Source: Clostridia bacterium
Lineage (GTDB): Bacteria > Bacillota > Clostridia > UBA1212 > DUPL01
DNA: 64,000 bases
Direction: 5' to 3'
Assembly: GCA_050951325.1 (NCBI GenBank)
Contig: JBMNIW010000011.1
Location: 86,190-150,189 of the forward strand
Part shown: positions 57,792 to 64,000 of the stretch, in pieces
Position numbering within the stretch: position 1 is the first letter of the stretch
Layout of the letters: every line of letters starts with the position of its first letter
Position numbers and translations under genes: made by a program
Notes under the pieces: generated by a model
Databases searched by the model: none
Told to the model about the DNA's origin: nothing
Seen by the model: only the letters and a program-made list of their open reading frames with translations

Positions 57792-58838
57792 TCATCCAGC
57801 TATGTAAATTATGTCACCTATTTCCCGCCCGCCACCTGCAGGCTTGTTTACAAGCTCTCCATCATAAGACATGCATGCAGTCTTGCCTCCGTCAAGATTG
57901 TAGGCTACAATGCATCCTTCGTCCACCATGATTTGTGCAAGCTCTCTTATGTCTACGCCCTTCGAGTAGCCTTCTTCCCTTCCGTCTACAACCAGCAGTA
58001 CGTAATGACCCGGTCTTACATAGCCGATAGCTGCTCTCGGGTGAGTTTGCTTTATGTATGATGAGCAGTTAAAGGTTTTCAAAACATTGCCCTTGCCATC
58101 CAGAAGACTGGGGCCGAAAGTCCAGGCCTGCCATGCATTCCTCTCCAAAACCTCGTCTATGTCAAACTCATCCGGGGAGTAGGTTTTCATAGTTCCATCG
58201 AGATACAGAACACATATATCATTTTCCGTATGCTCGCTTCTGTAATACACTCCGTTTCTGATAACTACCCCTATGTCGTTGTTGGTATAATAGTCTCCTG
58301 AAAGGGCAAGTACGGCGTCGTTGTCATATGCAATATCCACTATGTCGTCTTTAATGTTCATGCCATACTTGCCTCTTGCAAAGGCAGTTTTCAAAGACAT
58401 AGCAGTGCTGACAAATACATCAGCGACATAGTATGTAATCCTGTCTTTACCGTTTCCTATTACCACTTTCCTCAAATAGACTTCACTTGTTTCATTCTTA
58501 TATGTTTCAACCAAATCCACTTGTCTTTTGTGTGGACTTTCAGAATATCTCTTGGATCCCTCGTAGGGTTCTGGAGTCGATACAGGCCTTGACGGATGTG
58601 CCGTATTTGAAGGTAGCTCAAAGGTCGGAATCGGATCTTTACCGATAATGTTCACTCCTCCATCCAGTGTTCTGGGTAGTACATGGTGAAAAAATGCAAA
58701 TACATTAATTAATAAGCCTGCTACAAGAACATCAATAATGAGGATTTGCCATATCGGCAAACGTTTTCTTTTCTCTTCTGTAATATGTAGGTTCTTTTGT
58801 GTTGATTGTTCGTATTCTTCTTCTATACCGCTTTTCAT
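57792..58838 (-). CDS. Phosphodiester glycosidase (NAGPA/DUF2233) family protein
   Basis: LALSGDYY, GVVIRNG, WTFGPSLL, HPRAAIG, VVDGR, AYNLDGG. Confidence 0.88.
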   Translation of the reverse strand: MKSGIEEEYEQSTQKNLHITEEKRKRLPIWQILIIDVLVAGLLINVFAFFHHVLPRTLDGGVNIIGKDPIPTFELPSNTAHPSRPVSTPEPYEGSKRYSESPHKRQVDLVETYKNETSEVYLRKVVIGNGKDRITYYVADVFVSTAMSLKTAFARGKYGMNIKDDIVDIAYDNDAVLALSGDYYTNNDIGVVIRNGVYYRSEHTENDICVLYLDGTMKTYSPDEFDIDEVLERNAWQAWTFGPSLLDGKGNVLKTFNCSSYIKQTHPRAAIGYVRPGHYVLLVVDGREEGYSKGVDIRELAQIMVDEGCIVAYNLDGGKTACMSYDGELVNKPAGGGREIGDIIYIAG

Positions 58839-58923
58839 TAACCCTCGCCTCGGTTCATGTTATAATTGTGGTGAAAATTATTATACTAAAACTAGCAGCA
58901 AGCAATCACTGGAGGTGTTTTAA

Positions 58924-59286
58924 ATGAAATTCTGCTGGTGCACTTTACATGTAAAAAATATGGACGAGTCTGTCAGTTTCTACAAGGAAGTCGTTGGACT
59001 TAAAGAAACAAGACGATTCATGGCAGGTCCAGATACAGAAATCGTTTTCTTGGGCAATGGAGAAACCGAAGTTGAACTTATTTGGGACAAAAACAAAGAA
59101 TCCAGCGATTTGGGCGAAGATATCTCACTGGGTTTCATGGTAGAGTCAGTCGAAAAGCAAATTACGCTATTAAAGGAAAAGGGTTTGCAAATCCTTACCG
59201 AACCCATTTCACCCAATCCCAACATAACATTCTTCTTTGCCCTGGATCCAAACGGTCTTAAGATTCAGTTTGTTGAAAAAATGTAG
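58924..59286 (+). CDS. VOC / glyoxalase family protein
   Basis: TLHVKNMDESVSFYKEVVGL...FFALDPNGLKIQF. Confidence 0.9.
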   Translation: MKFCWCTLHVKNMDESVSFYKEVVGLKETRRFMAGPDTEIVFLGNGETEVELIWDKNKESSDLGEDISLGFMVESVEKQITLLKEKGLQILTEPISPNPNITFFFALDPNGLKIQFVEKM

Positions 59287-59292
59287 CAAAAT

Positions 59293-59327
59293 AGAGGCGC
59301 TCTCATTTCGAGACTGCCTCTGTTTTT
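59293..59327. terminator. Terminator between convergent genes
   Basis: AGAGGC-GCTCTCATTTCGAGACT-GCCTCT-GTTTTT. Confidence 0.55.
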
Positions 59328-59328
59328 A

Positions 59329-59985
59329 CTAAATCGTATTCAATTCGCTTTCATCATACCCCCATACTATCAGTTCATAAATGCTGCAGAAGGGGTATCC
59401 AGAATGTGGTGCTTGATCTTCATGCCGGTATGTTGAGAACTTTACATATCTCGTTTTCACAGGCTCGATATCCTCTTCAAACACCTGGTTTGGACCTACC
59501 GGATTAATTCCATCAGAATCAAAAACAGTTGTCCATGAGTTTTCCTCTCCCGTCAACGAAACTTCAATTTTGTAGCTGACAGCCAGAAACTCAAACCATA
59601 TTTCAAAGGAATTGATAACGTACTCGTTCTCCAAATCAACAATCAGCCAACGATCATAGTTTTCCGTAGGATTCTCCAGCGCAAGGCTGAAACCGCTCCA
59701 TCTTGTCGTTTCATCACCATCCACCGCCTTGTCTGCAGTAAAGTCAGAAGTCTCTTCATGGTCTGCTGTAACTGGTTTGCCTTCCGCCACATTTACCACT
59801 GGCAATGGAGTTGCTGTTGGTTCAGGTGTGTCGGTAGGTTCAGGCGTATCTGTTGGAGCCGCCGTTGGCTCAGGAGTTTTCTTTTCTTCGTCCTTGGAAC
59901 CTCCGCAGCCTGCCAGCACAACCAGTACCAGAACAAGTACAAAGGCAAGTATGTACTTACCCATTGCTCTTTTCAATTTTTTCAT
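59329..59985 (-). CDS. Lipoprotein with F5/8 type C (discoidin/CBM32) domain
   Basis: Lipobox LAGC, PT linker, NVAEGKPVTA, AVDGDETTRWS, WLIVDL, TRYVK, SIYELIVWG. Confidence 0.88.
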   Translation of the reverse strand: MKKLKRAMGKYILAFVLVLVLVVLAGCGGSKDEEKKTPEPTAAPTDTPEPTDTPEPTATPLPVVNVAEGKPVTADHEETSDFTADKAVDGDETTRWSGFSLALENPTENYDRWLIVDLENEYVINSFEIWFEFLAVSYKIEVSLTGEENSWTTVFDSDGINPVGPNQVFEEDIEPVKTRYVKFSTYRHEDQAPHSGYPFCSIYELIVWGYDESELNTI

Positions 59986-60150
59986 CCCCCTTTTTTTCGT
60001 CGCTTGCTCTTCTCCACGGAAGATATTAATTTCAACTTTAATTATACAGCATAAATTGAATAATTTATGTCTATATTGTTAACACTAGATTGCTGATATG
60101 CGGAAAATACTTTTATCGGAATAATTAATCCAATGAACAAAATTTTCCTT

Positions 60151-60180
60151 GTTTATCTAATGGACAATTAGAACATACTA
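60151..60180 (+). promoter_or_regulatory. Forespore sigma-G/F-like promoter
   Basis: GTTTA-N18-CATACTA just upstream of the AAGGAG RBS. Confidence 0.45.
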
Positions 60181-60191
60181 CTGTCAAAGGA

Positions 60192-60569
60192 GTGAGTATT
60201 GTGAGACACATTAGTGCTTTGATTATAAAATTCATAATGACAGCTGTAATTTTGGAAATTGTATTGAACATCATGACCGATCTAACATTCGGGCAAATAC
60301 TCTGGCTGTCACTTATTACTACTGTTTTGTCATACGCAATTGGCGATTTGATAATGCTTCCTCTTTCAAACAACACCGTTGCTTCCATAACAGATGCTTT
60401 GATAGCATTTGTCGTCCTGTACATGGCCAACATATGGCTTGACTATACCCGGGTGGGAATAGTCGACGCAATTATAAGCGCATTGGTACTGGGAGTAGGT
60501 GAATACTTCTTCCACAAATATGTTCATAGAATGATCTTCTCCAGAGACATGCGTCGAATGCGTTCCTGA
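60192..60569 (+). CDS. YndM / DUF2512 family membrane protein
   Basis: RHISALIIKF...SYAIGDLIMLP..NNTVASITD...GEYFFHKYV. Confidence 0.85.
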   Translation: MSIVRHISALIIKFIMTAVILEIVLNIMTDLTFGQILWLSLITTVLSYAIGDLIMLPLSNNTVASITDALIAFVVLYMANIWLDYTRVGIVDAIISALVLGVGEYFFHKYVHRMIFSRDMRRMRS

Positions 60570-60583
60570 ATCAATCTTTTTGT

Positions 60584-60616
60584 AAAAAAACCGCCCATTT
60601 AGCGGGCGGTTTTTTT
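60584..60616. terminator. Bidirectional terminator
   Basis: AAAAAAACCGCCC-ATTTAGC-GGGCGGTTTTTTT. Confidence 0.85.
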
Positions 60617-60619
60617 GTT

Positions 60620-60760
60620 CTACTCATCAAAATATTCGTAAGATAAATCATCAGGCTCGCCTGACAAAAGATATCTTTCTACTTCTTCAGGTGTTCTGCC
60701 TCTTAATGTAATTCTATCATTGTCTTCAAAGTCATTGTTTGCTTTTGATCTCTTATCCAT
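60620..60760 (-). CDS. Unannotated 46-aa acidic small protein
   Basis: MDKRSKANNDFEDNDRITLRGRTPEEVERYLLSGEPDDLSYEYFDE*; AAAAGGAG RBS; stops directly before the terminator. Confidence 0.7.
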   Translation of the reverse strand: MDKRSKANNDFEDNDRITLRGRTPEEVERYLLSGEPDDLSYEYFDE

Positions 60761-60872
60761 TAGTTTCACACTCCTTTTCATGAGTATGCATATATTATTC
60801 CAATTTTATTGAAAATAAAACATGCGTGGTATATAATTGTGTCAACGAAAACGATGGAGAAGAGGTGTTTTT

Positions 60873-62135
60873 ATGGATTATACGGTTAACAATGATACTG
60901 TAGAGAAAATAAAAGACTATATAGTCGAAAACATGCCCAAGGCGACGATATACCCGGAGAAGGAACCTGTGGCTGATAATGTATATCCTTTGCGTTTTTC
61001 CTATACAGTTCCCACTGTCGGGCAGCAGTTCCACTACCTGTTCTACTGGGATACTTTTTTCTTTACATACGCATTAGTACATTTTGGCCAGTACGAGCAG
61101 CTGAAATACAACATCGAGAACTTTTTCGATCTCATAGACATCCTTGGCTATGTACCTAATATAAATATTAAAAGTAATGGGGACAACCGCTCGCAACCTC
61201 CATTCCTGGCAAACATGGTGGATATATACTATGAGCATTCAAGAGACAAGAACTGGCTTTCAAGAGCTATTTCATACATAATCCGGGAGTACAATTTCTG
61301 GATGACTCAAAGGGGTTTTGACAACGGTCTCAACCACTACGGTGTTCAGCCCGAGAGCGAAGAAAACCTTTTAGGTTTCTACGACTATGTAAATACCCGG
61401 GTAAAATTGGATGCAGAAACAAAAGAAGAAAAGCTTAGTGTTGCAAGAAACTTTTTTGCCGAAGCCGAGTCTGGATGGGATTTTACCCCCCGATTTGAGC
61501 ATAGCGCACCAAAATACGCAGCTGTGGATTTAAACAGTAATCTGTACGGATATGAAGTATGCATTTCAAAATATCTCAAAATCCTTGGCAATGAGTCGGC
61601 ATCCAAAGTCTGGGAAGCAAAAGCCAACGAAAGAAAGAAAAAGATTCAAACCATGCTTTTTAACAAAGACAAAGGTTTCTTCATGGACTATAATGTGGAA
61701 ACCGGCAGGTTTTCTCCTGTGAAGTGTGCAGCGGGCTTGTTCCCCGCCTTCTATGGAATACCCACGGAAAAACAGATGCAAACCGTAGTCTCTAGTCTGA
61801 GCGCCATAGAATTCGATTATGGTATATCCACTTGTGAAGATACGGACCAAAAGGTTGTCTACCAGTGGGATTATCCCAACGGCTGGCCCTGCATGCAGAT
61901 TATTGCGGTCGAAGCTCTTGACAGGTACGGCTACAAGGAAGAGGCACTCCGGATAGCAAAGAAGTATTTATACAACATATGCGTTAATTTTGAAAAATCA
62001 GGTCATCTTTGGGAAAAATACAATGTCGTTACAGGAACACTTGATGTTCGAGATGAATACGAAATGCCTGCCATGCTGGGCTGGACCGCAGCATGTTTCG
62101 TATTCTTTTTGGATTATGTCAATAAAAAACAGTGA
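60873..62135 (+). CDS. Alpha,alpha-trehalase (GH37)
   Basis: FYWDTFF, NRSQPPF, AESGWDFTPRF, VDLNS, QWDYPNGW, LWEKYNV, EY...GWT; start at 60873 behind GAGGTG. Confidence 0.9.
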   Translation: MDYTVNNDTVEKIKDYIVENMPKATIYPEKEPVADNVYPLRFSYTVPTVGQQFHYLFYWDTFFFTYALVHFGQYEQLKYNIENFFDLIDILGYVPNINIKSNGDNRSQPPFLANMVDIYYEHSRDKNWLSRAISYIIREYNFWMTQRGFDNGLNHYGVQPESEENLLGFYDYVNTRVKLDAETKEEKLSVARNFFAEAESGWDFTPRFEHSAPKYAAVDLNSNLYGYEVCISKYLKILGNESASKVWEAKANERKKKIQTMLFNKDKGFFMDYNVETGRFSPVKCAAGLFPAFYGIPTEKQMQTVVSSLSAIEFDYGISTCEDTDQKVVYQWDYPNGWPCMQIIAVEALDRYGYKEEALRIAKKYLYNICVNFEKSGHLWEKYNVVTGTLDVRDEYEMPAMLGWTAACFVFFLDYVNKKQ

Positions 62136-62148
62136 GCAATAAATACAA

Positions 62149-62185
62149 GAACGCACCCTAATCATTTTCGATTGGGTGCGTTTTC
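62149..62185. terminator. Terminator between convergent genes
   Basis: AACGCACCC...GGGTGCGTT-TT. Confidence 0.75.
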
Positions 62186-62512
62186 TTAATAGACTTTCCC
62201 CACAGGTATGGAGAACATGAGCCCAACACCAGGCTTGTCAAGATCAAGTATTTCCTTTACTGCATTGACGGCGTCTTCCAACACCTTGTCATCTTCAATA
62301 ACAGTGAAAATGGTTTTGTTGTACGGTCTTGCATTGTCCAACAAGTTAAGTATAGTTCCATAAAACTTCATGCTTTTATGTCCGTTGGTTAAAATGCTGC
62401 CCATACCCTGGCTGTCCAGTATTGTCGCACCAGTAACGCCCACTTCAACAAAAGCATCCAATACGTCATCCAGGTGCTCCACTTCATTTAATACGATAAA
62501 CAGAACATTCAT
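62186..62512 (-). CDS. PII-like protein
   Basis: VLFIVLNE...GVTGATILDSQGMG...NKTIFTVI...PGVGLMFSIPV. Confidence 0.75.
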   Translation of the reverse strand: MNVLFIVLNEVEHLDDVLDAFVEVGVTGATILDSQGMGSILTNGHKSMKFYGTILNLLDNARPYNKTIFTVIEDDKVLEDAVNAVKEILDLDKPGVGLMFSIPVGKVY

Positions 62513-62530
62513 ACTCTCACCTACCTTTAA

Positions 62531-63730
62531 CTAGGTCGCAGACTCCGCTCCGCCCTTTTGTAGTTCCTTGCTGTGGTCTTCTCCCGCTCTTGTTATGGCA
62601 ATTTTAGCGGTTATTGGCCCTAATATTTCAAATATCAAGACACTGAACAGTATAATTGTTACAACCGAATCACTCATGTGAGGAAGCTCTTTTTTTACCA
62701 TCATCGAGAGTCCGATTGACACTCCGCCTTGAGGCAGCAAGCCCAGTCCCAAATTCTTTGTAATCATAGGCTCGGAGCGTACCATTACAGCTCCAAGAGT
62801 TGCACCAAGATATTTTCCTGTGCCCCTTGCTAGAATATATGCAACTCCTACTATACCAACTGTGTACAAAACGTCAAGCTTTAAACTGGCACCTGCGACT
62901 GTAAAGAACAATAGATTAATTGGCGGTGTAAAGTCACTAATGGATTTAAATACCCTCTGGGAGTTTTTCTTCAGGTTTACAAAAGCTCCTCCCAAAGTCA
63001 TGCACGTAAGCAATGAGGATAGATTCAAAAGGTTTGCCAATCCGTATGTAAGAAGGATGGCACATATTGTCATAACCAATATCTCGTCATTGTTCCGCGC
63101 CAATTTTATAACCAAAGCCATTATTGCACCCATCACAAGACCAAGCACTAGCGACCCTACGATTTCCAATATAGGGTTTAAGAACATGGCTGCAACAGAC
63201 ACTTTCTTTGTTCCTGAAAGCATATGCACAAGAGACAAGCTAATTCCAAACGCCATAATTCCGAAGGCATCGTCGAGCGCAACAATGGGCAGGATTGTTT
63301 TTGTCAAGGGTCCATCAGCCCTTAACTCCCTCATCACCATTACAACACCCGCTGGCGCTGTTGATGCGGACAAGCTCGCCATGATAATGCTGAATTCAAA
63401 TGATTGGTTCAGTACATAATACATTAACACAAATACGATTGTCAATGCACCAATCACTTCAGCTGCAGTGATAATGAATATTTTCTTTCCAACCTTTTTT
63501 ATATCTTTCAATAAAAACTCATTTCCTATGGAGAAAGCGATGCCAGCAAGAGTAAGATCATTTATGATGCCTAGCGAATCTACATCTGAATGTTTAACAA
63601 GGTTTAAAAACGATGGTCCAACAAGCAACCCGAAAACAATGTATCCTGTTACACTTGGAAACTTAAAATAGTTCGCCACCCTTCCCCCAATAATCCCCAC
63701 CAGCACTAAAATTCCAAGTTTTAATAGCAT
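62531..63730 (-). CDS. Cation:proton antiporter (CPA2-like)
   Basis: PSVTGYIVFGLLVGPS, SASTAPA, VALDDA, FFTVAGA, LLPQGGVSIGL; GGAGG RBS. Confidence 0.9.
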   Translation of the reverse strand: MLLKLGILVLVGIIGGRVANYFKFPSVTGYIVFGLLVGPSFLNLVKHSDVDSLGIINDLTLAGIAFSIGNEFLLKDIKKVGKKIFIITAAEVIGALTIVFVLMYYVLNQSFEFSIIMASLSASTAPAGVVMVMRELRADGPLTKTILPIVALDDAFGIMAFGISLSLVHMLSGTKKVSVAAMFLNPILEIVGSLVLGLVMGAIMALVIKLARNNDEILVMTICAILLTYGLANLLNLSSLLTCMTLGGAFVNLKKNSQRVFKSISDFTPPINLLFFTVAGASLKLDVLYTVGIVGVAYILARGTGKYLGATLGAVMVRSEPMITKNLGLGLLPQGGVSIGLSMMVKKELPHMSDSVVTIILFSVLIFEILGPITAKIAITRAGEDHSKELQKGGAESAT

Positions 63731-64000
63731 AACCTATTAACAATCCCTCCTTACTATATTCTTTTGTCATTATGGAGTATCCAGCAATGCTTTTTTCTTG
63801 CTTCCACAATACATCCACAAAGCATAATTATATCACATTCAAGATGCTTTTACCATAGTTTGTTCTTTTGTATGCAAGAATACATTAAGCAAACAAAAAC
63901 CGGGAGTAGAAAGTACAAGAGTTTCGTAAGAGCGGATTTTCTTGTTGAAATGACAGGAAGAGTTTGCTATCATATTGACATTATATTTAAAAAGGAGATT

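Overview
Low-GC Firmicutes (Clostridia-like) chromosomal segment of about 55 genes. I found no rRNA, CRISPR array, prophage or intact transposase. All family assignments come from motif reading, with no database searches run. Content from left to right: a surface glycan-foraging cluster with GH99/GH71-like paralogs and anchored beta-sandwich proteins; a PHP hydrolase; an ABC exporter cluster; an ldh + [FeFe]-hydrogenase (TSCCCP) operon; a PadR-DUF1700-DUF4097-PspC envelope-stress operon with a perfect 29-bp palindrome; a non-cellulosomal CAP-dockerin plus membrane-anchored cohesin pair; miaB-ylbF/ymcA-mutS (mutS carries two +1 frameshifts); an ArsB/NhaD transporter; icd-pgi-moxR-DUF58-transglutaminase; hpf; an acyl-CoA ligase; nadD-yqeK and rsfS; tRNA-Pro(TGG); a trehalase; and a CPA2 antiporter with a PII-like partner. 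The best candidate for an undescribed system is the ~10 kb minus-strand operon at 28245-38315. A c-di-GMP-I riboswitch with an overlapping terminator (predicted ON switch) heads VTC polyphosphate-polymerase domain, DUF4956, CotH kinase, secreted glycoside hydrolase, HEAT protein, processive GT2 synthase, DivIVA-like protein and a sensor-EAL phosphodiesterase. I infer a c-di-GMP-induced, possibly phosphorylated or polyphosphate-linked, spatially localised exopolysaccharide system with built-in negative feedback. A structured ~175-nt non-coding element at 51870-52045 is a second, more speculative lead.
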